Part shown: positions 25,146-39,673 of the stretch, in pieces | How the letters are laid out: each line of letters begins with the position of its first letter | Numbering within the stretch: position 1 is the stretch's first letter | Assembly: GCF_041956535.1 (NCBI RefSeq) | Contig: NW_027192196.1 | Coordinates: 204,921-268,920 of the forward strand | Source of the DNA: Calcarisporiella thermophila CBS 279.70 | Lineage: Eukaryota; Fungi; Calcarisporiellomycota | Direction: 5' to 3' | Length of the DNA stretch: 64,000 bases | The notes under the pieces: model-generated | Databases searched by the model: none | Seen by the model: the letters and a program-made list of their open reading frames with translations, nothing else | What the model was told of the DNA's origin: nothing | Program-made: the position numbers and the translations under genes

Positions 25146-28100
25146 TCATGGATATTTGCGATAATAAATACGACGTATAAGCTTTTCTATCTCGCTAAAC
25201 ACGACCAGTATCCCGCAGCAAATCACAATTTTAGCCCATGCAAAGCCGGGGAGCGGGTTCATTTCGAGCCATTCCGCCCAAGGAGGAATGAGATTGCCCA
25301 TGATTAGGAGTGCGAACGATAATATAAGAGCATAGATCATCCAAACATTACTAAACGGGTTTGTGAGAAAGATGGATTCACGGACCGTGCGAGTTAGAGG
25401 TGCAAAAAGGAGCTGTAAGGTTGTCAAGCCCATAAAGGCCTGTAGATATGAGATTTAGATTAACAGGGTGTATAAAACCGAAAAGACATTATGGTTGCAT
25501 ACCAATGATTGAGCGTCCCTTAGCTGAATCCCTTCGACATACAATGCAATTAGGAATAGACCCATCGAGAGTCCTCCCATTAGAAACGCTTTTAGTAGTA
25601 AATTTAGAGAGCTACTGAGGGTTAATATTTTGCGCTGTGGATCACGCGGCTTGCGTTGCATGAGATCTATCTCTGCTGGTTCCATAGCAATAGCCATAGC
25701 AGGAGGAACATCGGCAATAATGTTGGCTAACAAGTAAAAAAAAAATTAAACTATTATCTAGGTTGCAATGAATCACTTGATCATTACCCCAAAGAATCAT
25801 AATTGGGGTGAAGGGCGTCGGGAGTCCTGCCACACTCGCCACCAACATGACAATTATCTCAGCGGTATTGCAGCTGAGCAAATATATGATAAATTTCATA
25901 ATATTATCGAACACTTTACGTCCCTCTTCAACACCTGCAACAATGGTTGTAAAATTATCGTCTGCAAGTACAATATCGGCCGCCTGCTTTGTAACTTCGG
26001 TTCCCCCGATACCCATGGCTACACCCACATCAGCTGCTTTTATAGCAGGGGCATCTATGTAGGGAGAAAAATCAGTCAGTATATATGAAAGGGGAAAATT
26101 GTTGACTCGTAAACTCGGTGATAATAAGAAATCGAGATGTATGAACAAATACCATTTACACCGTCACCCGTCATAGCTACTACGTCCTTTCGTTTTTTGA
26201 GAGCTTGTACAATTTTTAGTTTGTTATCAGGGCTAGCGTAACGAAATCAATTTAGTTAAATAGTGATTATTAGATGTATGTGATAAGAGGATCCTTACCT
26301 AACTCGGGCGAACACATTCGGGAAAGGAGTAAGTTCAGCAATTGCGTCATCTGAAAGAACATCGAGCTCCTGTCCACTGATTGCACGGTTCTAAATCGTA
26401 CCATCAGTTTTCAATTCAACATATTGCTAAAGAAAAAATGAGCTTACCATTCCACGAACATCTTTTTTCATGATCCCAAGTTTGTAAGCAATAGCGGTGG
26501 CGGTCACTACGTGATCACCGGTAATCATAACCACATGGATACCCGCTTCTTGACATTTTTTTATTGATTCGGCGACTCCGCTTCTGGGTGGATCGATGAG
26601 TCCAATTAGACCAACGAAAGTAAGCTCCTTTTCCGCATAAGGTGGCTCATTCGGGTCTATTTGACCATCGACACGAGGAATGCGTCGATATGCCAACCCA
26701 AGCACACGTAGACCTTTCGCAGCCATGACCGAGGCTTGATTGCTCACTAAATGTTCGAAATCATCATCCATTTCAACGGGTTTGGATTCCAGTTGAGTCC
26801 TAAGTGTGGTGGGTCTATCATCGGAGGAAGAGGTGCTAGTTGTCGGTAGATAGTTGACACATCTACGTAATAGTTGCTCTGGGGCACCTTTAGCAAGAAT
26901 TATGTCATGGTCGTATTCAGATGAGCCCTTTTTTTCCTCCTTTTCATCGCCGTTGATTCGCACGAGTACACTCATCACTTTCCTCTCGCTATCAAACGCC
27001 CGTTCGCTTAACCGCACAATTCCAAGCTGTCGCCACCACACTTTTGGAAAGCCCGCTTTTTGCGCTGCAACGATAAGCGCAACCTCAGTTGGATCGCCGA
27101 CCCCCTTCCAATTTTCAGTGCCTTCGGCTGCTTCGATGGAAGAGTTGTTGCAGAGACAAGATACCATTAGAGAAAGGAACAGGGTAGGTGATAACTTGGT
27201 GTAGTCGCCGCGAGGCACCACTTCATCCATCCTCTCTCCGATCGAGGGCGTTTCGTCTGCTGTAATATCAGTAGCCAGTGTAGAGAGCTTCTTACTCTCA
27301 TCAGCCTCTGTGGATTGGGTCGAACTTTCAACTAACGAATCGGATTGGGATGGACGACGCGCTGAGTTCTTATTTACATGAATTATTTCGCCTTTAGTAG
27401 GATTCAAAGAAGTGGACTCTGTAAGACTATAAATCGCATCATCAGATGTCCAAATTTCGCTAACGCCCATCTTTCCTTCCGTAAGTGTCCCTGTCTTTAA
27501 TTTTTTTAATTGGTTAAAATGAATTCAATCGCTTTTACATAAATTAATATATAAAATAATACCTTGTCTGAACATATAAAAGTAACGCTTCCAAGGGTTT
27601 CAACTGCGGGGAGAGTTCGGACAATGCATTTTCTAAGTATTTTAAATAGCGTATTAATTGAGTCGACGGTAAAATTTGGGATGTCTGATCTATTTTGGAG
27701 CTTATTAACTCAAATTATGCACCTTGCTGCCATTTGCTTTACACCAATTGCCATTGTAACAGTAACAACAGCGACCAGGCCCTCTGGAATAACGGATACT
27801 GCCAAACTTTTTACAAAAAATTATTAACTTACTATACCAAAAATAGAATACAAACGGCAGAATGGTGAGTAGATACCTGATTCCAATATTGACCATTTGA
27901 TTCGTATCCTTTTTGTACAGAACACCTGCTACAACCACAATTACACACAAAAGTATTGCCAATGCAACAAGCCACTTTCCAAGAGTGGCAAGTTTGCGTT
28001 GCATAGGAGTCTTTGTTTTTGATTGCGAAGAAATTGCCGCTGAGATTTTCCCGATCTAAAATTCAAGGAAAAAAGATTAATAATTTATAGCACATGCAGC

Positions 28101-29856
28101 ATGTCAATGAAATGGCAGAACCTCAGTATAATTTCCTGTGCGAACCACAATTCCTTTTGCGCGTCCTCGTGCAACTAATGTGGACATAAATCCAATACAT
28201 TTACAATCACCAAGAGGCAGCTTTCTTGTCTGGAGACGAAGAGAAAAACAAAAATAAGTATATTAAACTAGAAGCTTGATATATGCCAAAATGGGCACTA
28301 GGATGACGAACCTGAGCTTTTATTGCCTCTGTATCTTTCTGCACGGGAACACTTTCGCCAGTCAGAACACTTTCAACTACCTCCAGCTGTGAGACCTCGA
28401 CTAAGCGTAGGTCGGCTGGCACGGCGACTCCCTCTTCGAGAACGACTAAATCACCCGGAACTAATTCAAGAAACGGAACCTCATGCTGCTTCCCATTCCG
28501 TATTACGGTTGCCTATGTTAAATGGGTGATTTTGGTATCGATAATAAATGGAAATATTGTCAATCTGTATTACCTTGCCCAATTCAAAATTCCGCAATGC
28601 CTCCAGAGCCTTGTTTGCTTTGTACTCTTGCGAAAAACCAATTACCGTGTTCAAGACAACGACTATTAGAAGTACGGCCATTGCTTTCAAATCGCCCTTT
28701 GCGCCCGTGACGATACTAAAATTAACATAGGAAAATTAACAAGGAAGTTGGTTACGATATCTCTAATTTAGGGCTTGGAGAAAGGAGCTTACGCGGCAAC
28801 AATTAATAGTAGCACCATAAAATCTTTAAGCTGGTTCAAGATCATCTTAAAAATGGACGGTTTTGGCGGCTCCGGGAGCTTGTTTGGGCCGTAGTGCTGG
28901 CGTAGGGAAGGGATTACTTCATCTGAGAGACCGTTTTCTATATCAGTCCGGAACATCTTGAGCACTCTAGACACATTTCTATCGAAGTAAAGGGCTAATT
29001 AAGGCAAGATGCAAATCAGAAAATCCGACGCATAGGAAGCGCAAAGAAATCCAATTTGTAGGTACAAGTGGTACCTTGTGGAGGAAGCAGCACGCCCTTT
29101 CCTATGTCAGGCAATTTCGCAGTCTTATCTTTAAATTCCTCCATGACATCTATTGCATCATCAAGCTCGTCCTCTTTGACCAGGTCGCGCCAATCCCACT
29201 CAAAATAATCGGAAAACATGCGAAGTAATGCGACTGCAGCCTGCTTTTGTTCCGAAGTCGAGTATGGTTGAAGGCGGCGGTGAATTTTCAGCGCAAACCT
29301 GAGGTCGGCAATGTTCTTTTGCGAAACCGCCTGCCGAAATTCCTCGACTAACACACAGGGGAAGAATTAAGTGATCCATTGCAAAATGCAGCCCAGCCAA
29401 TTTAAATCTTGTTTGAATACCTTCTTGAAAAAATTCTCCAAAGAGCAAAAATGCCTCATCGCCCTCTACCGTAGGGCGCCGTCGTAATAATCCACCATTG
29501 TCTTCACCGGTAAAAATTAGTAAAGCCTCACATAACCGTTTCATTAAATCGAAATCGAGATTTGGATGACGGTTTCCTCGCAAACGGTGATCTAACACAT
29601 ATCGCAGGCCAGCGAGCACATCAGAGAGGGAAATACCTTGGTTGTCCTTGATATCAAAGAGATCATGTACTATTTGACGAGAAGATCAATCTTTGAATAA
29701 AAGCTTAAAAAATGTCTAGAAATTACCATGGATCTCAATTTGATGCTCGATGGACGCTTTCCCATCCCAACCAGACGACACTTCAATGTTAATGCTTTCG
29801 TTCACAGGAGTTGTATTAACATTTATCGTATCAGAGCCTTTTTTCAAATTTGACAT
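25146..29856 (-). CDS. P2-type cation-transporting ATPase (ENA/Na+-efflux- or Ca2+-type) with N-terminal extension, many introns
   Basis: YGPNKL, VPADLRL, LTGES, VIPEGL, CSD|KTGTLT, GDPTEVAL, KGAPE, DPPR, MITGDH, MTGDGVN|DAPA; start MSNLKKG at 29856. Confidence 0.92.
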
Positions 29857-30318
29857 TGACTTTTTCAGCGATGTTTGTTTGAAATAATTAAAATTAACGG
29901 CACCCTACGATATATTAAAAGCTTTATAGGGGAAAAGCGCTTTTCATACCCAGATTTCCAAATCGGGAAACGATAGCAAAGAATATTCTGAAATTTCATG
30001 GAAACTTCTGTGTTTAATACTTCTGATATCATTGTGACGAAACAAGCAACTCTCTAGGAATAACCAAAGCTAATAGTTATACAAGATGTCCTATTGGGTT
30101 GCTGAGAGTTTTTGTGTTGTCGAAAGATTTTTTTTAAATCGGAGAGTGCTACATATTAATTCATTTCCAAATCTATTCCTATATCTATTTCGATCGCTCC
30201 ACACAAAAGAATAGCTCTTTTTTTTTCATTCAATCTTAAAGAAAAAGAGAATACTTTGGGAAAATTTTTTTCAAAGGGCGAGATATATGCTTTTAGGTAA
30301 CCCCTTTTAAAAGGCCTC

Positions 30319-31460
30319 TTAACCAGAGCCGCCAGAGAATTTCTTTCCAAAGAGAAGCATTTGCAGTTGATCATAACTATTGGATAGAGATACAAAGTGA
30401 GGTTAGTTTTGGCTATAAACATGCCTCTAAATTTGCAACATACCCAGCGAGTACACCAGCGCCAGCGACAGCACGGAGAATATTGGCACCCGCACCTTTG
30501 AAGAGGGATTTCACTCCCTCCTGAGCAATAATCTGCTGGAATGCAGCCAGCGAAGACTTATATTTGACAGCCTCTCCAGAGGTCATCATCATACGACGAC
30601 GAACAGTGTCGATGGGGTACGATGCCAACCCAGCACCAATGGTAATACCCCATCCAAGCAAGAAGGATGCTAAGAAGTTGCCCTCAAGAGGACCAACCAA
30701 CACCACCGGTTTCAGCGAGTCGTACATACCAAAGTACAACCCACGATACACAATGATGCCCACGCACGAAATGTTGAATCCACGGTAGAGACCAAGAATA
30801 CCGTCAGTCTTGAGAGTCTTGCGATACACGTCGATAAGACCGTTGAACTGACGCTCACCACCCTTCTTCGCGGCTTTAGCATCATTGGCCAAGCGAGTAC
30901 GTGCATAGTCGAGCGAGTACACAAAGGTAAGCGAAGCAGCACCAGCAGCACCACCAGAGGCAAGATTTCCAAAGAACCATTTCCAGTACCCATCCCTATC
31001 CTTCTTATAGCCAAACATACGCTTGAAATGGTCCTATTATACGGGAAATAAATAAAGAGTTAGGATAATTCGTCTAAAATAAAATTATGTCCAGCGAGGA
31101 AGTTTTACCTTGAAAGCGAAGTTTAGGGCTTGCGTAGGGAAGTAACGAATGACATTGGCCAAGTTACCACGCCACAGCGAGATGAATCCTTCTTCACGGA
31201 TAGTACGACCAAAGCAATCACCGATACCCTTGTAAGGGGTGGAGAGTCGTCCTTGCTTTATCATCTCATCTTGATTTTGGATGAGGAGCCTTTTTATGAT
31301 AATAAATATATTTTAACACTCCGGATATTACTGATATGATACACACTTACTTTACACGCTCGATAGGGGCGGCTGCTGTCTTGGACACAGCGGCAGAAAC
31401 GCCACCCATCATAAAATCAATCATAAACGACTTCGCGTCCTTCTGTGCCTTTTGCGACAT
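30319..31460 (-). CDS. AAC: Mitochondrial ADP/ATP carrier, 4 exons
   Basis: [32 protein letters not shown], signature RRRMMM, spliced end [18 protein letters not shown]. Confidence 0.97.
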
Positions 31461-31698
31461 TTTATTAGAATTTTTTTTTTTTGCAGAAAAAAAAAACTGG
31501 AGAGGAGAAAAAGAACAGGAACAATGGGGAGCGCGTAATGAAATCCATGCATTCCCCGATGTATTTTGATTGGTTAGGTTATATTAGGTTACTAGAGACT
31601 TGTGTACAAAACAACAGCAGTCACTCTTCAACTTTGGTTTAAAATTCGTTTCATGTATATAATAATATAGATTCTATTCATTTACCTATTATAACGAT

Positions 31699-32165
31699 AT
31701 GTCCGATATCGACACACCCCCCATCGAACCACTCCACGATGCACTCTCCAAGATTGAAAACTACCTAAATCCTCTTCTTGCAGAGCCTCTTACCGAAACG
31801 ATTGGAAAACTTTCATTACAAGAGCGCGCGCAGCTTCAAATATTGATCGCACATTCGATCAACACACTTATGAGCAGTGAGTGGACTTTTTTCATAAAAC
31901 AAAATGCTCGATCACTTTACTCACAATTCTCTATTTAGTATATCTGAAAACACAAGGTGCAGAATTAGCCTCCCATCCTGTTAAACAAGAAATTGCACGG
32001 GTAAAATCCTACCTCGAGAAGCTTCAAAACTCTCTCAGCGCAAAGGAGCGCACTATGGCCATTGATCAAGAGGCTGCCAAACGCTTCATCATGCACGCAC
32101 TAGCTGGTCAGAAAGCAATGGAACAGGAGGAGGAGGAAGGAGCAGTGGGAGAGGATGACTCGTAG
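31699..32165 (+). CDS. RRP47: Sas10/Utp3/C1D family exosome cofactor (Rrp47/C1D); intron ~31877-31937
   Basis: ERAQLQILIAHSINTL..YLKTQG..SHPVKQEIARVKSYLEKL..IDQEAAKRFIMHAL. Confidence 0.85.
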
Positions 32166-32524
32166 AAGATCGATATCTCTTGGATCGAGAGCCATGTTTA
32201 GCATTTATAATACTTTTAACCTGTACAGTAAAACCTATTTACTCTTTGGCAAGCATATTTGTTGGAATATGTATAAGCATTTGACCCTGAACTCTTCTAT
32301 TCTTCTTCCAAAAATATAATATATAAAAAGAAGGATAAAACAAGATTGATTTACAAAACGATGAGCAAAACAAACAAAAAAAGGAAGAGAGAGAAAAAAA
32401 ATAAAACAGTAAGCAAGTTTACAAAAAGTGCTACAAAGCAGAGTAAAAATAAAAGAGGAAAGAGTTGAAAACCCCCTTCCATGATACATAGTATATATAT
32501 AATTAATTATAAGCTTATTTACTC

Positions 32525-35500
32525 TCACTCCTCATTAGATCTGTTTAGCACTTGGGAATTAGACGAGGAACTTGTCGAGGACTTATGATGATGCCTGGAG
32601 CTGTGCCAACTCTCTGCTTCTAGTGTATAGAACTTTATCCCATCTACAAAGTAGTAATAGCACATTATTAGTGAAGTACAACAGAAATATAAACACTAAA
32701 TTTTTTTACCAGCAAGGCCGTAGGGATTCGACCCAGGTTCTTTATCCACCACGTGCTCGGTGATCCTCACTATCCTGGCAACAATCCACTCCCTATTCCG
32801 GATCTCCTTGCTCATAGCCTCGCTTGGTTCCAAAAAGTAGTGTGGAAAATTTATGTTAAACGCAGCCCATGGTCCCTTGGCAGTTGAGTTGCGTGTGGGA
32901 AGGAACAAAGCTAGATCACCCGCCTTGAAATTTCTAAACGCAATTTTGCCGCTCGATTCAGAAGAGGCTCGTCCATATTTCTCGCGGAGAGTACGACAGT
33001 CTCGCTGCCACTTCTTTGCCACCTCTACAGCATCAACGAACTTGCGACGAACACCGGCAACCACTTCGTTCAAATCTAACTCTTGCGCCATACGAAGAAG
33101 CGTACGGTGTTCCTCGGTATCATCAATATGCGAACCCTCAAGGTGAGGTTTCTCGGACTCCTCTTGTTTAAGCGATAACCCCAGTCCCGCAATGAGAGTT
33201 TGCATACTAGTGTAATAGGCTCGGAGTTGATTCGAAAGTAGTTCGCAGAGTTCGGTACGCTCGTCAATTTGTTTCTGTGCCAATTGTAGGCTTGCTTCGA
33301 GAATAGGGGGCTTGCTCTGCTGCTCCTGCAAGTCACGGTTTAAGCGCTCCAGTTCTCCACGTTTAGCGCAATATTCGTCAAAGATCTTCGTCAACATGGC
33401 CTCAAAGGCTTCCAGTGGCGGCTCTCCGCCCTCTCGAGAGTTCTCGCCCATATCCTCCATTTCTCCCAAACACTGGAGTGCTTTACGATGTATATCCGCT
33501 ATTCGCCCTTGGAGCCGTTCCAATTCAGCGCTTTTAGATACTCGATCTCTCTCAGCGGTCACTACTACCTCTCGCGCCTGTGAAAGCCGTCTTTTAAGCT
33601 CTCCTTGCTCTTCCTGGCAGCTTTCCTTCTCTGATTGTACACCTTCCAACCTTGCTTCCAACTTCTTTTTCTCCTCTTCATGCTCAGTGCGCTCCGCCTC
33701 GAGTATCTCTTCGAGTTCGGCGATATGCTCCTCCAGTTTTTCCATCTCTTCCTCGTGCGTGTGCTCAAGCTCCACAATCTTTAGACGAAGCGGCTCGATT
33801 TCTGAAAGCAAACGCTGACGCTCTTGACGCTCCTCCTCACGCAGCTGCTCGAGCTCACGCACCTTGGTATTCCAAGCCTGGCTGATCTCGCGGTTCATTG
33901 CCTCGAGTTCGTCGATACGGTCTTTCATCACAGCCATCTTTTGTCCGCCTTGGCCGGTGCCGGAGCCAACGCCAACAGGACGCTGAAGTTCAACAGTAAA
34001 GCCCTTTTCTTGCTGAGATGGTGGAGGGGAAGCCTTAGTTCCCTCAGTATTTGCTCCATACAAACCCTTCACTCGCTCCAAATCGCCCTGTAACCTCCGA
34101 TTTTCCTCCTCTAATTTCGCACATCTCTTCTCCAACTCCTCCCTCGAGTTTTTATCCTCAGCTCGGGACGATGCGCGCTCCATATACTCAGGTGGGGGAG
34201 ATACTGGCTGCATTTCGAGCATATTATAATCCATTGGAGAAGGATTCGTTTGGGCTGAAAACCGTCGAGGTATCCCGATAGGCATAGCGGACGGGAACGG
34301 TGTGCGTTGGTAATTTCTTCGCAAGAGCATCTCAAGAGAACGGATGCGTTCCTCGTAATGCTTGAGCTTTTCTTCGGCAGAATCGAGCTCTTTCTGCTTT
34401 GCCTGAAGCAACACCTCCACTTCCTCCATCTCGGCCCTACCCTCGACTAAAGGCTTCTTCACGGAGATGGCAGTAAACGGAAGAGGAGTAGATGGATTTG
34501 GCTGAACTTGCTGGATATCACCTTCACCATTTTGCCGTTTTGCCTCTACTGCGGCTGGGCTGCTACGCTGTGTCCCTGGAACTGGGCTCTCTCCACCGTC
34601 GGCATACTGCTCCATCATACCTCTCTCAAATTGCAATCTCATCGAGTCAACCTGATGCATCAAGCGCGTAAGGATACTCTCTAACTTTGCCAATGGATCA
34701 GAGGAACTGGCCGAGCGCTGGGATTGTGACTGCTGCTGGGAAGTCTGACGGTTCATCGAGAGACGAGGAGAAGATGGAGTGGTGGAGGGTAATCGTAGTC
34801 GATTGATCAATCCCAGGAAATCTGTCGAATTGAATATACTAGGTTAAACATCACACAGATCTCATTGGAGATAAATTAAGTAGAGAGAAAAAAAAACCTT
34901 TGAAATCTGATTTGCTAATATCAGGCAATTGATCTGTGGCGCTATTGGTGAGCATGACTTCACAGCTAGGTGCGCTTGCCTCCATTCCCTCTACACGAAA
35001 TGGTAGGTATTTTCCAACCTCCACGCGAAAAGTATCTCTCCTCTCCTGCTCCACTGCCCTAAGTCTCGCAAAGGATTCTACAACTTGATGTGCATTTTGT
35101 AGCAATAATGCGGAATACTCCTTTCGTCTCACAATCTCAACCAATGTCGAGCCATACGCGATGAGCAAATACTGCGATCTTGAAGCAACCACACTCATCG
35201 AGTCGCCAAATGATCCGCGTCGCGCTGCACGCAAGTCTTCCTCTAGCCGACGAATGCCCGAAGTGATGGTTTCCATAATAGATGACTGTATGCGAGACAC
35301 TTGGTAAAGTTTCTGGAGGAGGGTGACTGTCATCTTTGATTTAGATTGGAGAAGGTACGAGGTTTGGTTGCGTACAAACTGGTCTAGCTTAGCCATTTCT
35401 ACGGAATCAAACAAAAAGAGAGTCCATCAGAGTTTGATCAAGAAATAGGTGGGAAAACTTCTCATACCTGGATAATATACGTCCATGTGCTCGGTCACTA

Positions 35501-37084
35501 AATTTTCAAAGGCCTCAAAAACTTTTTTTGCAGTTGGGGGAAGCGAGTTAGAGGGAGGAAGGGAGGGAGAGTTCCCAGGCTGGAGTTCAGCAATCAGTTC
35601 TTGAACTCGTGTGATATCTCTTTGAACCCGTTCTCTATTGGCATTTGCCTGGTTGACGCACTCCTTCACCTCAGCTACCACTACGTCCAAGGAGTTCAAG
35701 CTAATATCCGAAAGGTCATAGTGGCAAATTAGCAAAAAAAAAAAAAAAACTTAGTATCAATAGGAGCTAATAGGAGATTACTAACTCAATATTTCCGGTT
35801 CCTTGTTTCAAGAGTGTCTCGGTTCCGCTCTGGATACTCTTTATTCTTGCCTCTAGCTTCTGGACCTGATTAATCAGCTCTCCATGTACCTTGGACGCAG
35901 ATGCTAGCCATGTGCTTATTTCTTCCATATTTGCGTAATCGGCAAGGGTGCCCGTAACATTCCCACTAACGGCAGCCCCAGGCTGTGAAGCAACCAGTTT
36001 AGGATGGATGTGCACACGCCGTAGTAACTCCATTTCCTTTGGAACACTTTGGAGGATATTTGCCTGGCGCATCAGTTCACGTTGTGCATTGGCATTGAGC
36101 GAATCCAGTTCTTGAGTCACATTCCTATAGCGAACAATCCAATTTGAATGAACTGGAAGTATATACAAATATAAAAATGCCCAACTCACTTGCAGTGTGC
36201 TTCCATATTCACTAGAGCGATGTTAAGAGCCATGGCTTGAATTCGGTGTTCTTGCAAAAGTGTTTCGCAGAGCTGAGCATGCTTTCTTATTGTCGTTGCA
36301 TAAATCTAAAGAAAATATTTTTTCGATCAATCAACAACATCTTCGAAACATTTTATTCAACATATTGCAGCATTAACTCACATCCGCCTGCATGTCTAGT
36401 GAACGAAAGAAGGTCAAAAACATGTCGCACTGCTGTGATAGGCGAGCAGAAGACCGCTTCGACTTTAAAGATTGTAAGGATTCCGCTAGAAGATTGATGG
36501 AGAGCATTAGATGCCACCAATTTATAGAAGTCAAGCAAAATGAAAAGAGACTTACGACTAATAGATTGTACAGGGGGCTCCAGCCTATTCTTCTCGCTAT
36601 CACTTAATAACTCGACCATATCATGAGGCGATTCTAGAAATCTGCGATCATAGAGCACTATAACATGTTCATCCTGTACCCAAGGAAGATAGAATCATTG
36701 TATCGGCAACAAAGAAAATACAAAAACGTATGCGCCTTACATTCCCCGATCCGCGTAAGACTTGCGGGATCATGTCTTCCCGGAGTTGCGTGCCTAAGCT
36801 TGTCATCAAAATCTGTGCTTTCACGGGAATTTGGGCCATTCTCTCCAGCTCCCGACGCAGTGAATCCAGGCTAATGTACAAATGCAACAAATAGAAAGTT
36901 AAAGTATGGAACTGTAGCCATCTCTGTGTGACCAGTCAAACGTAAGGGGATGGATTCATCATGTCCTCCATAAATAAGAGAATACACGACGCGATCTGCA
37001 ACCAATGGATTCCTCCACTTACTTTGAGATATTTGAGGAATCGATATATACGCATTTTCCTGTCTCAGCTCTATAGATCTTCAT
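32525..37084 (-). CDS. ATG11: Autophagy scaffold Atg11 (FIP200-like), multi-exon
   Basis: N-terminal MKIYRAETG..QILMTSLG, YGSTLVEIVRRKEY, long coiled coil, C-terminal claw KIAFRNFKAGDLALFLPTRNS..WAAFNINFPHYFL..WIVARI. Confidence 0.93.
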
Positions 37085-37496
37085 TTGCCACTTTCTGCCA
37101 AGACGAAAAGAACCTGGAATTTGCGTGAAAATATCGTGGAAATATTCCAATTTCTTGGAAAAAAAAATAGTTGATAAAGAGAATGTGTATCCACGTAAAT
37201 AATTACGTATTTATATAGGGGAGAATATTATTGATAACTCAATTGGATTCAACTGGTGTTGAAGATATTGATGTGAAAGAGAGATAAAGAAAATGGATCT
37301 CCTGTGACTGCCCACGAGTGTAATAGCCAATGGGGGTGATCATCCACCTAAAAAAACGTCACCTCAGGCGATCACACCTTGCATTTTAATAGCTCGCGTC
37401 TTTAGGGTTCTCCTTGTACGTTTTTTTCTCACCATAAAATCGTACGAGAATCGCCTGAGACTCTATTTTCTTTTTTCTAATACAAAGAATTCACTC

Positions 37497-37816
37497 ATGT
37501 TTCACAAAAGTGGGTTTCGCCTGTTAATTCCCTTGCGCGTCCGGATGACTCGCCAGATTAGTGGTCGAGAGGGTGCTATTCGCGAGTCGACCGGCTCCTT
37601 CTCTCAGAAGGAGAAAGCGATAGAGGACCAGTGGGCGCGTCAATCGGTAGCTATCATTGATTAGAACAACTGTTCTAGATCAAAATAACGCATAACCTGA
37701 AATAGGATGCCGAAAAAATCAGGCAACTACGCGAGCAGCTTGAAACGACAAAGAAGCAGCTGGAAGAGCAGCATTCCAAACTCGCCCAACTTGAGCGCAA
37801 TCATAAACAAAAGTGA
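37497..37816 (+). CDS. INH1: Mitochondrial F1Fo ATPase inhibitor IF1 (not in ORF track); intron 37647-37705
   Basis: Basic presequence followed by EGAIRESTGSFSQKEKAIEDQWARQS|DAEKIRQLREQL coiled coil. Confidence 0.88.
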
Positions 37817-37976
37817 CCACCTGCATTAACCTTGACTCAATTAGAAACAGCTGTATAAATACACGATTGTCTGCTTGTATATATGTTATATATTGTAAGG
37901 GGATTATGGGTTGATCATTATGGTGATAATAAAGTCGCTTAAGAATGAATAAATAACGCTCTGCTCAGCACATAAA

Positions 37977-39252
37977 TTATGCCAGCTTCTTTTTGACTCT
38001 TGTCTTTGCCGTCCCCCTATTCCTACACTCTCTCACCAACGTCTCCAACAGCATAATGAAGAGAGATCCGCCCACGGAAATCCCATTTAAAGCTAGTGCT
38101 ATCCACACTACGCGATCCGTCACAAATTCACACTTGGCGTAATTCCAAGAGCCATCGGACTTCATCTCAAATAATCCAGCACTTCCTCCAAACTCAGCCA
38201 TCACGCTTCGCACTGTAACTTCTCTCACCCCATGCTCAGAGGAAATTGCCCCCGTCGGAAATGCATCCGTGGAGTTCGACGATAGAACATGAGCGATATC
38301 ACAGCCAGCATGGTCATGCCCGGCGAATATGATTGTCGGTTTCAAGTGACGCAGGAGAAAATCTGAAGCATTGGCCGAGAGCATGTTCTGCTCTATGATA
38401 AAATTATTGCTGGGCAGGGTGAGGGAGTGTAAATCGCATTAAGAGATATGGGAAGAGCAATGAGTATTGGAGGAGAGTTGAGGTTACCTGTCACGCCATG
38501 TCAAGGGTGCATCCACGCATAACCCCTCTTTCTTGTAGAGAGGGACATGTGTAAGCAATATCAACTCGACGTTTTTGCCCTCTTGCTCTTCAAGCTTTCT
38601 CTTCTCCGCCATCTCCTCCAAAAATCGCCATGCTTCTGCTCGTATCTCTTCGTCCATCGCAGGCCCATCAAGCGCCATAGAATTGAAGCCTACAACTCTC
38701 ACTATTTTTCCCTCTCCTAATGATTCCTCGAATTGAAATTCCGTAGGTCCGAAAGCCTGTTCCCATCTTTCAAGCCGTGCTCGCGACATGTCTGCCCCAT
38801 AACCCACATCATGATTCCCAACTAAACTTTTAACACCGCTAAATGCACGCTGATAGCGCTCAACTCTTCGTCTAAACTCATCATCATCGATCCACTGACT
38901 AGAGAACAAATCTCCTAGAACAATAGTGTGGGTTGGACGAAGACGCTGAAGAGAAAGATGAATGTGTCGAAAGTAGAGGTCATTAAAAGCAAGATCGAGT
39001 CTCCCACGCATGCCCTGTCGATATATCTTGGCATCGCCTTCCATTTGGGGATCCGCTAAGAGCACAAGTCTGAACCCGGTATCTAAATTTTCAATTAGCT
39101 GCTGAAGAGTGTTCATCTACACCCAATCACGATTTACCTTTCCATTTCCATCCGCAGAAAAGAGTATAATTATATAGGTATGAGAGTATAACTCCAGATA
39201 TTATACCTAATAAAACCAGTAAGAGCTTTAAATATTTTAATAATAATGGCAT
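37977..39252 (-). CDS. TED1: Metallophosphoesterase, Ted1/MPPE1 (PGAP5)-like, with N- and C-terminal TM segments; 3 exons
   Basis: LADPQMEGD, LGDLFSSQWI, GNHDVGYG, LLTHVPLYK, GHDHAGC, VREVTVRSVMAEFGG. Confidence 0.85.
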
Positions 39253-39640
39253 CTTTATACATAACTAAGTTATATACTCGATTTGGTGACTACCAATAAA
39301 TAAAAATCAAAATTAAGCCTCTGAAATCCAAGAAAGGCTTCAATGAATCATATCATTTGATATCATCGAGTCCAGTGTTCCTAGGACAGGGGCAATTTCA
39401 AAAGTTAAATACTTTAATCGAAATAATAATTAACTAAAAATGAGAGAAGACAGTTAAATAGAAAAAAAAAAGAATCAACAAAGCAGTTCGGAAACAAATA
39501 ATAATATAGATGTATCTACTGATAAGCAAGGGAGGGCAAGTGGAGTGAGGATATGAGGGAAATAAAAAGGAGCAACAAATTTAATACGCTTACGCTATTT
39601 TCCAGTCAGCAAAGTGAATAAGGAAAAGGGAAAAGGAAAA

Positions 39641-39670
39641 AAAAGAAAAGAAAAGAAAAGAAAAGAAAAG
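39641..39670. repeat. (AAAAG)6 microsatellite just 3' of the Zn2Cys6 gene stop
   Basis: aaaagaaaagaaaagaaaagaaaagaaaag. Confidence 0.9.
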
Positions 39671-39673
39671 ACT

